64,000 bases of DNA, taken from NCBI GenBank assembly GCA_046728175.1, contig JBKPEA010000029.1, forward strand, positions 5,502 through 69,501. Reading direction: 5' to 3'. Below, in pieces: positions 18,015 through 27,936 of this stretch. The first letter of the stretch is position 1, and each line of letters begins with the position of its first letter. This DNA comes from Thermodesulfobacteriota bacterium (GTDB lineage: Bacteria > Desulfobacterota > Binatia > Binatales > Binataceae). The notes beneath the pieces are model-generated. The model searched no databases. It saw only the letters and a list, made by a program, of their open reading frames with translations, and was not told the origin of the DNA. The position numbers were made by a program, and so were the translations under genes.

Positions 18015-18950
18015 ATGTCTCTGCAACTGATTCGTCCCGACATCAATCTCGATTTCGTCGGGAAGCGCCATTTCTTCGTGATTCTGTCGACCGCGATCAA
18101 CATCGCGGCGATCCTGCTGCTCATTTTCAAGGGCCTGAACTACGGAGTCGATTTCATCGGCGGCAGCGTCGTGCAGGTGCAATTCACCAACGCCACCACT
18201 GCCGACGCGATTCGGCGGTCACTGGCGCCGCTCGATCTGGGTGAAATAACCGTCCAGGACTTCGGTTCCGCCGGCCATTCCTACCTGTTGCGCTTCGAGA
18301 GGGTCAAAAACATCGCGGGCCTCGGGCCCACACTGGAAGCGGAACTGTCCAAGAGCTTCGGGGCCAACGGCGCGAAAGTGGTCAGAGTGGAGAGCGTGGG
18401 GGCCAAGGTGGGCAGCGACCTGCGGCGCAAAGGATTTCTGGCCGTGGTCGCAGCTACCATCTTCATGGGAATATTCATCGCGATCCAGTTTCGCCACGTA
18501 AGCTGGAGTTTTGGCACCGGAGCAGTTATCGCGCTGGTTCACGATGTGCTGGTGGTCACCGGGGCGCTGGTCATCGCGCAGCTCCAGTTCGACCTGACGA
18601 CGCTGGCCGCGTTGCTCACGGTCATCGGCTATTCCGTGCACGACACGATTATCGTGTCGGATCGAATCCGCGAAGATGCAGCCAAGCGGCGGCGCGAGCC
18701 AATCGCGACGATCATGAACCGCGCGATCAATGAGACTCTGTCGCGAACCATCCTGACTTCGGGTACCGCGATCATGGTGCTCATTGCGCTGCTCGTGTTC
18801 GGCGGGCCCATCCTGCGGCCATCCGCGTTCACCCTGCTGGTGGGGTTCATCACCGGCACCTACTCGTCGGTCTATATTGCAGGCCCGGTCGTGCTGTTCT
18901 GGGAGGGCCGCGGTAAAGGCGGCGGTTCCTCCTCCGCGCGTGCCGCATAG
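18015..18950 (+). CDS. secF: protein translocase subunit SecF
   Basis: The sequence aligns along its whole length to SecF (GLNYGVDFIGGSVV, IGYSVHDTIIVSDRIRE, LTSGTAIMVLIALLVFGGP). No secD is adjacent. Confidence 0.9.
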   Translation: MSLQLIRPDINLDFVGKRHFFVILSTAINIAAILLLIFKGLNYGVDFIGGSVVQVQFTNATTADAIRRSLAPLDLGEITVQDFGSAGHSYLLRFERVKNIAGLGPTLEAELSKSFGANGAKVVRVESVGAKVGSDLRRKGFLAVVAATIFMGIFIAIQFRHVSWSFGTGAVIALVHDVLVVTGALVIAQLQFDLTTLAALLTVIGYSVHDTIIVSDRIREDAAKRRREPIATIMNRAINETLSRTILTSGTAIMVLIALLVFGGPILRPSAFTLLVGFITGTYSSVYIAGPVVLFWEGRGKGGGSSSARAA

Positions 18951-18968
18951 CCCCGCGCGTCATCCTCT

Positions 18969-19283
18969 TTGGCACGATCCATCAAGACCGGCCGCGGCGA
19001 CTATTTGCTCAAGACTGGAGCGCCCGAGCAACGCGATGCGGAAGTAATTTTGTTGACGCTGGTGCTGGAGCGCAGCGATGGAATCGAGCGAGTGGCGTTT
19101 CAGTGCCGCCTTGCGGCCGGACTCGTCGACCCCACGACCGACGCTGAGGCCATCATGAACCGACTCGCGCCGTGGCTCGAACGCGAATTCGAAATGACGC
19201 GAGAGAGCGCGCTCAAAACCATTCGCAGCGAACACCGGATGTTGGAGATCCGCTTCGATGCCTCCAATCGCGGGCCATTCTGA
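18969..19283 (+). CDS. hypothetical protein (TTG start; weak)
   Basis: The ORF track starts it at TTG. No ribosome-binding site or domain was recognised. Confidence 0.25.
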   Translation: MARSIKTGRGDYLLKTGAPEQRDAEVILLTLVLERSDGIERVAFQCRLAAGLVDPTTDAEAIMNRLAPWLEREFEMTRESALKTIRSEHRMLEIRFDASNRGPF

Positions 19284-19606
19284 CCCCTCCGCTCCGGTAG
19301 CGTTGAGGCGACTTCCGCGGCTGCGGTCGAGACGCGGGAATCGAGACGTCCGCGGTTGTTGCTCATCGGCCCTTCCGCTCGGTCGCCTCTACTGCGCGGG
19401 GCGTAGCGGAGACCACGCGGCAACCAGCCGCGGAAACGGCAAAGGGGGCGGCTTAAGCCCGTCGGGGGGAGCGTCAGGACGTAATGTACTTGAGATTTGC
19501 ACTCCCGCGGGTGCGGACCATCGCCGAACCATTGGTCTTCCTGCCCCTGGTTATCTTGATTCAAAAAAGTATAGGGGCCGCGAGCCTCTCGGCCCGGCAG
19601 GGCGCC

Positions 19607-20248
19607 ATGATTGAAGCAATCCTGTGGGATAACGATGGTGTTCTTGTCGACACCGAGGAGATGTTCTTCCTGGCCACTCGCGACACGCTGGCGGGAGTAG
19701 GCGTGAATCTAACCCGCGAGCAGTACATCGAGTTCGCGCTAACCAGTGGACGCAGCGCATTTGACCTGCTTGAAGCCTCAGGACGGAGCGCCGATCAAAT
19801 CCTGAGACTTCGCGGCGAACGCGACCTTGCCTATGCCGAAATGTTATGCGCCGGTTGCGTGGCGATGGAGGGGGTCATCGAGACTTTGGCGCGCCTCAAG
19901 GGCAAGGCTCGCATGGCCATCGTGACCACTTCACTCCGCAAGCACTTCGATCTCGCGCATCGCGCAAGCGGAGTGCGCGAGTATTTCGACTTGATTCTCG
20001 CGCGCGAGGACTATCGCCAATCGAAGCCGCACCCGGAACCCTACCTGACCGCCCTCGATCGTCTGTCCGTGGCGACCGAACGTTGCATTGCGGTCGAAGA
20101 TTCCGCCCGTGGGCTCCAATCCGCGCTTGCCGCCGGGCTGCGATGCGTCGTGGTGCCGAATCGCTTCACCAGAGGTTCTAAGTTCGGCGGTGCAATGGCG
20201 GTGCTCGACGATTTAAGGGCAGTGGCAGCGCTGGTGGAGTCGTTGTAG
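19607..20248 (+). CDS. HAD-IA family hydrolase (beta-phosphoglucomutase-like)
   Basis: ILWDNDGVLVDTE is the DxD motif I. The later motifs are present as well. Confidence 0.8.
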   Translation: MIEAILWDNDGVLVDTEEMFFLATRDTLAGVGVNLTREQYIEFALTSGRSAFDLLEASGRSADQILRLRGERDLAYAEMLCAGCVAMEGVIETLARLKGKARMAIVTTSLRKHFDLAHRASGVREYFDLILAREDYRQSKPHPEPYLTALDRLSVATERCIAVEDSARGLQSALAAGLRCVVVPNRFTRGSKFGGAMAVLDDLRAVAALVESL

Positions 20249-20537
20249 TCCTGGTTCGTTTTAGGCCGGAAACGCAAATGTTCTGGCGCAGTTTACGCTC
20301 ACGCTTCACCTCACGACCGGTCGAGGAGTTGAGGCTACTAAAGTCGATGGGGGTTGCACGGATAGTGGGCCTGCTGGGCATAAGTACTGTCGAGGAAAGA
20401 CAAAAATATGGTGCGGGGCGAAGCGCCGTGAATGAGCAGCCGAAAGAATTTATCCGCGCTGCGGGCAGGAACCGGGGAATGCTGGCCAGGTTTCACGGAG
20501 TGAGCGCACGGTTGCGTGCGAACCGGGACATCGCCCG

Positions 20538-21680
20538 ATGAAGTTCTGGCGCATGGTTTATCGCAATCTCACCCGCAATCGGCGGCGCACCCTGCTCACC
20601 ATCCTGTCGATCGCAGTTTCGATGTTCATTTTCGCGGCGTTGTTCACCTTGCCGAGTTTCGTCGATCGGGTGCTCGCAGCGAGCGCATCCAACCCGCGCC
20701 TGGTGTGTCATGGCAAAGCCGGTCTCGGCTACTCGCTGCCGGAGTCATACGGAAGGCGAATCGCGGCGATTCCGCACGTGGTCGGCGTGGACCAGTGGAA
20801 CTGGTTCGGCGGCATTTATCATCTGCCCTCGGACCAGTTTCCCAACCTCGCTACCGAACCTGACCAGACCGAGACGGTGTGGCCGGATTGGCGCCTGTCA
20901 CGGGAAAGCATCGATGCATTTCAGCACGAGCGTACCGCGGCGCTGGTCGGCCTCTCCACCATGCAACGCTTCGGGTTCCATCTGGGCCAGCAGATCATGC
21001 TGCACGACTCGGTGTATGGCCGGAATCTGCAGTTCAAGATCGTGGGAACGCTGGGCAAGGGCACGATGCCCACGATGCTGATCTTTCGCCGCGACTATCT
21101 GCAGCAGGCCATCGGGCAGACCGGGCGCGCCGATTTTATCTGGATTCGGGTGGACAGGCTGGAGTCTATACCGGAGGTCATCCAGGCGGTCGACAGCCAG
21201 TTTGCCAATTCCAGCGATCCGACCACCACCGAATCGGAGCAGAGTTTCCAGGCCGGATTTATCGAATCGGTTCGCACCATAATTCGTCTGGCGGAGGTTC
21301 TCTCGATCATCGTTTTGTTTAGTATCAGCCTGGTCGCGGCGAACACCGCAGCGATGTCCGTACGCGAGCGCCGGGTTGAATTCGCGGTGATGCGATCGAT
21401 TGGGTTCACCGCGCCCCGGGTAGTAACGCTGCTGAGCGCCGAGGGCGCGCTCACCGGCGTGATTGGGGGCGCGATCGGCGCAGGAGTGGCATGGATAGTA
21501 CTGCACCTGCTGCCACTCAGCGGAGATTTGTTTGGCAGCCTCGGGACGATAACCATGCCGGCCCGTGTGCCCGCTGCCGCGATCGTGCTGTCGACCCTAA
21601 TCGGAATTTCGAGCGGCCTGGTGCCCGCCACGCTCGCGATGCGGCGTCGAGTGGTCGATGAATTGCGCGCGATTGTGTAA
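20538..21680 (+). CDS. ABC transporter permease, FtsX/MacB-LolC-DevC type (no adjacent ATPase gene)
   Basis: It has an N-terminal TM, a periplasmic domain and three C-terminal TMs. MKFWRMVYRNLTRNRRRTLLTILSIAVS is a typical FtsX-type N-terminus. Confidence 0.8.
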   Translation: MKFWRMVYRNLTRNRRRTLLTILSIAVSMFIFAALFTLPSFVDRVLAASASNPRLVCHGKAGLGYSLPESYGRRIAAIPHVVGVDQWNWFGGIYHLPSDQFPNLATEPDQTETVWPDWRLSRESIDAFQHERTAALVGLSTMQRFGFHLGQQIMLHDSVYGRNLQFKIVGTLGKGTMPTMLIFRRDYLQQAIGQTGRADFIWIRVDRLESIPEVIQAVDSQFANSSDPTTTESEQSFQAGFIESVRTIIRLAEVLSIIVLFSISLVAANTAAMSVRERRVEFAVMRSIGFTAPRVVTLLSAEGALTGVIGGAIGAGVAWIVLHLLPLSGDLFGSLGTITMPARVPAAAIVLSTLIGISSGLVPATLAMRRRVVDELRAIV

Positions 21681-21712
21681 TCGCAGGATTTGCCGCGCGC
21701 CCGCTTTGTGAT

Positions 21713-22183
21713 GTGATCGTAGACATGCTGTCCGACATCGAGATTCGACCCGCCCAGGTAAGCGACATTCCCGAGGTGGCCCGGCTGGTTGCGGCACTCG
21801 CGGCCTACGAGGAAGCGCTTGACGAACGTGCCCGTTACGATTGGGACGAAATTCGGGATGCTCCCAGCTGGCTGCGCGCGGTGCTGAGCCGCAACCACCA
21901 TGCGGTTTGGGTGGCGGACAGTGGCAAGGGACAGCTGGTTGGCCATCTGTGGGTCCGGCTCTATCGTCTGCGCGAAGGCGGCGTACCTCCGCTCAGCGGC
22001 TATATCAGCCAGGCTTTTCTCGAGGAGGCGTGGCGAGGAAAGGGGCTAATGAAAATGATGCTCGAGGATGCCTACCAATGGTTTCGAGCGCAGAATGTAG
22101 CGGTTGTCACGCTGAGCGTGCTGCATCGCAACTGGCTTGGGGCGACGGCGTGGCACCGGCTTGGCTTCGCCCGATTGGCGTGA
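21713..22183 (+). CDS. GNAT family N-acetyltransferase
   Basis: It has an acetyl-CoA-binding-like motif (RGKGLMKMMLEDAYQW) and is 156 aa. Confidence 0.75.
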   Translation: MIVDMLSDIEIRPAQVSDIPEVARLVAALAAYEEALDERARYDWDEIRDAPSWLRAVLSRNHHAVWVADSGKGQLVGHLWVRLYRLREGGVPPLSGYISQAFLEEAWRGKGLMKMMLEDAYQWFRAQNVAVVTLSVLHRNWLGATAWHRLGFARLA

Positions 22184-22314
22184 AGAGCGCCGCCTCGAAC
22201 TCAAGCCGAAGCGCCCCTAGCCATCCCTGACCAGCCGGTAAGTCACCCGAATTACCCTTGACAAATAAGGGGATTCTGTTTAGTTGCCTGGTTAGGTCCA
22301 GTATTGTGTCTCGT

Positions 22315-22362
22315 TTGACAGATGGACAAGGATGTCTATACTGGACTGTAGGAGTCCACTAA
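22315..22362 (+). promoter_or_regulatory. isc promoter (TTGACA-N16-TATACT) with an IscR type-1-like inverted repeat overlapping the -10 and +1 region
   Basis: TTGACA is at 22315-22320 and TATACT at 22337-22342. ATACTGGACTGTAGGAGTCCACTAA at 22338-22362 matches about 20 of 25 positions of the IscR type-1 consensus ATASYYGACTRWWWYAGTCRRSTAT as I remember it. Its core is GGACT-gtagg-AGTCC. It lies 40-65 bp upstream of the iscS ATG. Confidence 0.5.
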
Positions 22363-22402
22363 TTTTCGGGTTTTCAGGTCCAACGAACGGAATTATCTAA
22401 AG

Positions 22403-23620
22403 ATGCTTAAGACGCCGGTTTACATGGACAATCACGCGACCACGCCGTGCGACCCACGGGTGCTCGACGCGATGCTGCCTTACTTTACGACCAAATTTGG
22501 CAACGCCGCGAGCCGCAATCATGGCTTCGGCTGGGAAGCCGAAGAGGCAGTCGACAAAGCTCGCAATCAAATCGCGGCGATCATCAACGCCAAGTCCAAG
22601 GAGATCATATTCACCAGCGGCGCGACCGAGTCCGACAACCTTGCAATCAAGGGTGTGGTCGACTTCTACAAGGACAAGGGCAATCACGTCATCACCTGCG
22701 TTACCGAGCACAAGGCCGTGCTCGACTCGTGCCGTGCCCTCGAACGGCTGGGCAAGGCGACGGTGACGTACCTGCCGGTCGACAAGTACGGGATGGTCGA
22801 TCCGGACGCGGTGCGCAAGGCCATCACTGACAAGACCGTGCTGATCACGATCATGTACGCAAACAACGAGATCGGCACGATTCATCCGATTCGCGAGATC
22901 GGCAAGATTGCCAAGGAGCGGGAAATCGTCTTCCACTGCGATGCGGTCCAGGCCGTCGGCAAGATTCCGGTGGACGTGGAAAAGGACGGCATCGATCTGC
23001 TCGCGATGAGTGGGCACAAGATCTACGGTCCCAAGGGAGTCGGCGCGCTTTACGTACGCGCGAAGGGACCGCGCGTGCGGCTGGCGCCGATCATTGACGG
23101 TGGCGGTCACGAGCGCGGGATGCGCTCGGGTACTCTCAACGTCACGGGAATCGTCGGTTTTGGCGCGGCCTGCGAGATCGCGAAGAACGAGTTGGCCGGT
23201 GAAGCCCATTATCTGACCGATCTGCGTAGCCGGTTGCAGGCACAGTTGTTCGAGCGGCTCGACGAGATCTATTTGAACGGTCATCCGACCGAGCGTCTGC
23301 CCGGCAACCTGAACGTGAGTTTTGCCTATGTCGAAGGCGAGTCGCTGCTGATGGGTATCAATGACGTGGCGGTCAGTTCAGGCTCTGCCTGTACCTCGGC
23401 GACGCTGGAACCCTCCTACGTGATTCGCGCGCTCGGAACCGATGAAGAGCTGGCGCACAGCTCGATCCGGTTCGGACTGGGGCGGTTCAACACCGGTGAG
23501 GAAGTCGACTATGTGGCGGAGCGTGTGAGCAAGGAAGTGAAGCGGCTGCGCGAAATGTCGCCGCTGTACGAGATGGCCAGGGAAGGAATCGACCTGAAAT
23601 CGGTCCAGTGGAAAGCGTGA
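22403..23620 (+). CDS. iscS: cysteine desulfurase IscS
   Basis: The protein aligns along its whole length to Isc[19 protein letters not shown] is the PLP-Lys loop and SSGSACTS is the active-site Cys loop. Confidence 0.95.
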   Translation: MLKTPVYMDNHATTPCDPRVLDAMLPYFTTKFGNAASRNHGFGWEAEEAVDKARNQIAAIINAKSKEIIFTSGATESDNLAIKGVVDFYKDKGNHVITCVTEHKAVLDSCRALERLGKATVTYLPVDKYGMVDPDAVRKAITDKTVLITIMYANNEIGTIHPIREIGKIAKEREIVFHCDAVQAVGKIPVDVEKDGIDLLAMSGHKIYGPKGVGALYVRAKGPRVRLAPIIDGGGHERGMRSGTLNVTGIVGFGAACEIAKNELAGEAHYLTDLRSRLQAQLFERLDEIYLNGHPTERLPGNLNVSFAYVEGESLLMGINDVAVSSGSACTSATLEPSYVIRALGTDEELAHSSIRFGLGRFNTGEEVDYVAERVSKEVKRLREMSPLYEMAREGIDLKSVQWKA

Positions 23621-23644
23621 CCAGACAAGTTATCGGAGGCGCCC

Positions 23645-24067
23645 ATGTCCTATTCAGATAAGGTTCTCGACCATTACAACCATCCGCGCAACGTCGGAAG
23701 TTTTACCAAGGACGATGCGAACGTCGGAACCGGTGTGGTCGGCGCGCCCGAATGCGGCGACGTGATGAAGCTGCAGCTCAAGATCAGCGACGCCGGGGTC
23801 ATCGAAGATGCACGCTTTAAGACCTTCGGCTGCGGCAGCGCGATCGCGAGTTCGAGTTACGTGACCGAGCTGGTCAAGGGCAAGCACATCGACGAGGCGA
23901 TGGCGATTAAGAACACGGTCATCGTGAAAGAACTCAACCTGCCTCCGGTCAAGATCCACTGCTCGGTCCTCGCCGAGGATGCGATCAAGGCTGCGATTAC
24001 CGACTGGAAGACGCATAAGGGCGACGGCGCCCCACAGTTCGAGCCGGAGAAAGCGCAGGAGAAGTAG
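23645..24067 (+). CDS. iscU: Fe-S cluster assembly scaffold IscU
   Basis: DHYNHPRNVG, GAPECGDVMKL and FGCGSAIASSS are present. The conserved Cys residues and the LPPVK motif are present. Confidence 0.95.
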   Translation: MSYSDKVLDHYNHPRNVGSFTKDDANVGTGVVGAPECGDVMKLQLKISDAGVIEDARFKTFGCGSAIASSSYVTELVKGKHIDEAMAIKNTVIVKELNLPPVKIHCSVLAEDAIKAAITDWKTHKGDGAPQFEPEKAQEK

Positions 24068-24082
24068 CGGCGCACGGGCTCG

Positions 24083-24400
24083 ATGATTTCTCTGTCCGAC
24101 AACGCGGTACACAAGATCAAGCAGCTGGTCTCCGAGAAGGGCGACCATGCGGGTCTGCGGGTCAAAGTCGTCGGAGGCGGATGCTCCGGTCTGCAATACC
24201 GCATGGAAATCGATGCGGCCAAAGAGCGCGACAAGATTTTCGAGCGCGACGGCGCGCGATTGATCGTGGACAAGAAAAGTTTTCTTTACCTCAATGGCTC
24301 GGAACTGGACTACGCCGAAGAGCTGATGTCGTCGGGGTTCAGGGTGGTTAATCCCAACGCCAAACGCAGCTGCGGATGTGGGGAATCGTTCGTCGTATGA
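24083..24400 (+). CDS. iscA: Fe-S cluster insertion protein IscA/ErpA (HesB family)
   Basis: GGGCSG is present and the C-terminal CGCGESF motif is present. Confidence 0.9.
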   Translation: MISLSDNAVHKIKQLVSEKGDHAGLRVKVVGGGCSGLQYRMEIDAAKERDKIFERDGARLIVDKKSFLYLNGSELDYAEELMSSGFRVVNPNAKRSCGCGESFVV

Positions 24401-24430
24401 ACGAGGGGATGCAGGAAACACGGCGCAAAC

Positions 24431-25063
24431 ATGATCCAATGCCCGTCATGCGGACGGCGGCAAGGACCGCGACTGATCTGTGAGAACTGCGGCGCCCCGC
24501 TGGGCGCCGAGGTCGACGGGTTCGCGGCGTTCTCGCTTCCGCGCAAGCTGATCCTCGACACCGTTGCGCTCGAGCGCGTCTATCACGACCTGAGTCGACA
24601 GATTCATCCCGACCGTTTCGCGCAGGGCTCCGCCCACCTCCGCGACGCCAGCCTGCGCAGCACCGCGCTGCTGACGCGCAGCTACCGCACGTTGCGCGAT
24701 CCGGTCGCGCGCGGACTGTACTGGCTTGAGCTTAAGGGTGAAAAGCTCGCCGACAGCAACAAAACGGTTCCCCCAGACCTCGCAGAGCTCGTATTCGAGG
24801 TCCAGGACGAGCTCAGCGAACTGCGCGACGCAGGGTCCGACCTTCCACGCCTGCGCGAGCGCACCCGCGCGCGCCGGGTAGAACTGGAAGCCGCGAGCAA
24901 TGCGTTGCAACGTGATCTGGCGCGAAATTTCGAGCGGTGGGATGCCGGCGGCGACCCCCAACAACTCAGCGCCGAGCTCAAGGCGGTGCTTTCAAAGATC
25001 GCTTACCTGCGCACGTTGATTCGTGACGTAGACCGGGAACTGGAAAATCTCAAGGCAGCTTGA
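24431..25063 (+). CDS. hscB: co-chaperone HscB with N-terminal tetracysteine zinc finger
   Basis: The J-domain has the HPD motif (QIHPDRF) and a C-terminal helical domain. The N-terminus is CPSCGRRQ...CENCGA. The gene sits between iscA and hscA. Confidence 0.85.
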   Translation: MIQCPSCGRRQGPRLICENCGAPLGAEVDGFAAFSLPRKLILDTVALERVYHDLSRQIHPDRFAQGSAHLRDASLRSTALLTRSYRTLRDPVARGLYWLELKGEKLADSNKTVPPDLAELVFEVQDELSELRDAGSDLPRLRERTRARRVELEAASNALQRDLARNFERWDAGGDPQQLSAELKAVLSKIAYLRTLIRDVDRELENLKAA

Positions 25064-26926
25064 ATGACCCGCATCTTCGGTATTGACCTCGGCACGACCA
25101 ACAGCCTCATCGCGACGATGGAGAATGGTGCTCCACGGATCATCGCCGATCCCCAGACCCGCCAGACCCTGCTGGAATCGGTAGTCGCGATCGCGCCGGA
25201 TGGCGCAGTGCACGTCGGCCGCGACGCGGTCGAGATGGAACCCCACCTGAGCCGCGAGCAGGACGGGCGGGTGAGTGCGGTCGGATTTCCCGGCGGCGAA
25301 TACGGCGCCGTTATCCGCTCGGTAAAGCGCTATATGGGACTGGGCGGAGAGGAGGTCGCTGCCGAGGAACGGGCCCGCTATGCGTTTGCCGACCTGTCGG
25401 GTCCGGTCGTACGTTTTCGGATTGGTAAGCGGGCGTTCACTCCGCCGCAAATTTCAGCCGAGATACTGAACGCGTTGAAGTTCCGCGCCGAGCGCGCGCT
25501 CGGCGAGAAGGTGGAGCGGGTGGTTATCACGGTTCCTGCTTATTTCAACGATGGCCAGCGGCAGGCAACCAAGGATGCGGGGCGGTTGGCGGGTCTCGAA
25601 GTGGTTCGGCTGGTGAACGAACCTACCGCGGCTTCGCTTGCCTATGGGCTCAACCAGCTGGCTGAGGGAAAGGTTGCGGTGTACGACCTCGGCGGTGGCA
25701 CCTTCGATATCTCGATTCTGAGTATCAAGGGCGGGATTTTCGAAGTCCTTGCTACAAACGGCGATACTCACCTGGGCGGCGACGATATTGACAGTGCGCT
25801 GATCGATTGGCTGCTGGCGGAAACTCCCGCCGAAATCAGGCGCGACCGTCACGTGTGGAACAGCGCCCGGCGCGCTGCCGAGGACGCCAAGAAGCGCCTT
25901 AGCGAAGCCGACGAAGTGGAACTCCGGCTGGAGTTGCCGGGTCACCTGATTGCCAAGCAGCTCACCCGCCAGGCGCTCGAGGAAATCGCCGAGCCGCTGG
26001 TGGCGCGGTCCCTCAAGCGCTGCGAGCTCGCGCTAGCCGATGCGAAGCTTGCGGCGAAGGAGGTCGGGGCGGTGGTCCTGGTCGGCGGCGCCACGCGCAT
26101 GCCGCTGGTGCGCCGGAGAGTCGCCGAGTTGTTTGGCCGCGAGCCGCTCTGCTCGCTGAATCCCGACGAGGTCGTTGCCCTCGGGGCCGCGGTCCAGGCG
26201 GGTGTGTTGATGGGTACGCAGGGCGATATGCTGCTGCTCGATGTGGTCCCCCTGTCGCTTGGCATCGAAACGATGGGCGGAGTCATGGAACGGCTCATCC
26301 ATCGCAACACCACTATCCCAACCAGCGTCACCGAGAACTTCACCACCGCTGTGGATAATCAGAGCCATGTGGATATCCATGTCCTCCAGGGCGAGCGGGA
26401 GCTTGCCAAAGACTGCCGTAGTCTCGCACGATTCAAACTGGGTCCCATCGAAGCGCAGCCGGCTGGACTGCCCCGGATTGCGGTCACTTTCCTCATTGAC
26501 GCAAACGGGATACTAAATGTCAGCGCGCGCGACGAGCGCACCGGCCGCGAGCACTCGATCGATGTCAAGCCAAGTTACGGTCTGACGGACGACGAGATCG
26601 AACGGATGCTCGAAGAGGCGATCGATCTGGGCGAGGAGGATCTGGAGCAGCGGCTTCTGATCGTCGCTCGCAACGACGCCGAGCAGATCCTTGGGGCGCT
26701 GCGCAAGCAGCTCGGCGAATTTCCGGGACTGATCGAACCGGACGAACGGGCGCGGCTCGAGCAGGAGGCGGAGCGGTTGGAGGCGGCACGCAAGACATCG
26801 GATCGCGAACTCATTTCCAGACTGGTCGAAGAGCTGAACGAGCTGAGCACCCCGTTCGCGGAGCGTATCATGGACTTTGCCATCAAGCGGGCGCTGGAAA
26901 AGAAATCGGTCGAAGAGGTGTCATAA
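25064..26926 (+). CDS. hscA: Fe-S cluster assembly chaperone HscA (Hsp70 family)
   Basis: [11 protein letters not shown] and DLGGGTFD are present. The protein is 620 aa and follows hscB. Confidence 0.95.
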   Translation: MTRIFGIDLGTTNSLIATMENGAPRIIADPQTRQTLLESVVAIAPDGAVHVGRDAVEMEPHLSREQDGRVSAVGFPGGEYGAVIRSVKRYMGLGGEEVAAEERARYAFADLSGPVVRFRIGKRAFTPPQISAEILNALKFRAERALGEKVERVVITVPAYFNDGQRQATKDAGRLAGLEVVRLVNEPTAASLAYGLNQLAEGKVAVYDLGGGTFDISILSIKGGIFEVLATNGDTHLGGDDIDSALIDWLLAETPAEIRRDRHVWNSARRAAEDAKKRLSEADEVELRLELPGHLIAKQLTRQALEEIAEPLVARSLKRCELALADAKLAAKEVGAVVLVGGATRMPLVRRRVAELFGREPLCSLNPDEVVALGAAVQAGVLMGTQGDMLLLDVVPLSLGIETMGGVMERLIHRNTTIPTSVTENFTTAVDNQSHVDIHVLQGERELAKDCRSLARFKLGPIEAQPAGLPRIAVTFLIDANGILNVSARDERTGREHSIDVKPSYGLTDDEIERMLEEAIDLGEEDLEQRLLIVARNDAEQILGALRKQLGEFPGLIEPDERARLEQEAERLEAARKTSDRELISRLVEELNELSTPFAERIMDFAIKRALEKKSVEEVS

Positions 26927-26941
26927 GGGAGGCCTCTCATC

Positions 26942-27163
26942 ATGGGACTCAAGTGGGATCAAGCCGAGGAGATCGCGCAAGTTCTCGCTGAAAACCATCC
27001 TGGCATCAATCCGCTGGATGTTCGTTTTACGGATCTGCGCCAGTGGGTTATCGACCTTGACGAGTTCGATGACCAGCCGGGTTCGTCGACCGAGAGCAAG
27101 CTTGAGGCCATCCAGATGGCCTGGAACGAAATTTACGAGGAACAGAACGACGAGGAAGAGTGA
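26942..27163 (+). CDS. iscX: Fe-S assembly protein IscX (YfhJ)
   Basis: MGLKWDQAEEIAQVLAENHPGINPLDVRFTDLRQWVIDLDEFDD closely parallels E. coli IscX. Confidence 0.85.
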   Translation: MGLKWDQAEEIAQVLAENHPGINPLDVRFTDLRQWVIDLDEFDDQPGSSTESKLEAIQMAWNEIYEEQNDEEE

Positions 27164-27263
27164 ATTGATGCCGAGGGAACGGCGTCATTAATCTTTGAGA
27201 GGAGGTGGGGATGTGGTGGAAGCCAATCGCAGCTCGAGAGGGAGGGTAGAGCAGGGAACCAAG

Positions 27264-27800
27264 ATGCAGGAGAAGGAAACCCTGGACGAAAGGTTGCCGA
27301 ATTTATTCGAGCCGGACACCCTTTTGCCCATCCAATATTTCGAGGCGATGCGTAAGAAGCATCTGCTCGAGGGCGAGAAGCGCCTGATCCTGAGTGTGCT
27401 GGAAGACGCGGTCGAGTGCTTCATGAAATGCATCGATGCGGCGACCAACAAGGGACAGCGGCTCTTCCGCGAGGCGGATGAGTGGATCACGCACGAGGAC
27501 AAGCGCTGGGTTTTCTCGTTCGACAACGTCTGCGACATGCTGGACATCAACCCTGACTACATGCGGGTCGGATTGAGCAGATGGAAGGAACGGAAAATCG
27601 AACTGATTGCGCGCGGGCGCGCCGAAGCGGAGGCTGCCGCCGCCAATCCTGCGCTGCCCGAACCGGCCGCGGCCGCCCCGACGCCCGCGCCCAAGCCCGC
27701 CAAGGTGTTCGCCAAGCCCGCCGCCGTCCATCATCGCGAGCACGAGCATCGCGTTCGCTCGACCCATGCATCCGCCAATCGGCGGCGGGCGCGCGCGTAA
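27264..27800 (+). CDS. hypothetical protein with Ala/Pro-rich His-rich C-terminal tail
   Basis: The ORF follows iscX on the same strand. No domain was recognised. The alternative start is 27195. Confidence 0.4.
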   Translation: MQEKETLDERLPNLFEPDTLLPIQYFEAMRKKHLLEGEKRLILSVLEDAVECFMKCIDAATNKGQRLFREADEWITHEDKRWVFSFDNVCDMLDINPDYMRVGLSRWKERKIELIARGRAEAEAAAANPALPEPAAAAPTPAPKPAKVFAKPAAVHHREHEHRVRSTHASANRRRARA

Positions 27801-27936
27801 ACCGCCATGTGAGTGGCCCCGGGCCTGGTCCGTCCGTGTTTTCACGCCGCGGTTTAGGGTCGCGGCCCCGTTGCGGTTTTCTTACCTGACCCCGGTGCTT
27901 GCGGCCCTTGGTGAGTAGGCCTAGCGTCGATGAGGC

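Noticed and set aside
20278-20541. 87-aa ORF upstream of the FtsX permease
   Set aside because: It has no ribosome-binding site and an Arg-rich composition. It more likely covers the promoter and 5' UTR of the permease gene.
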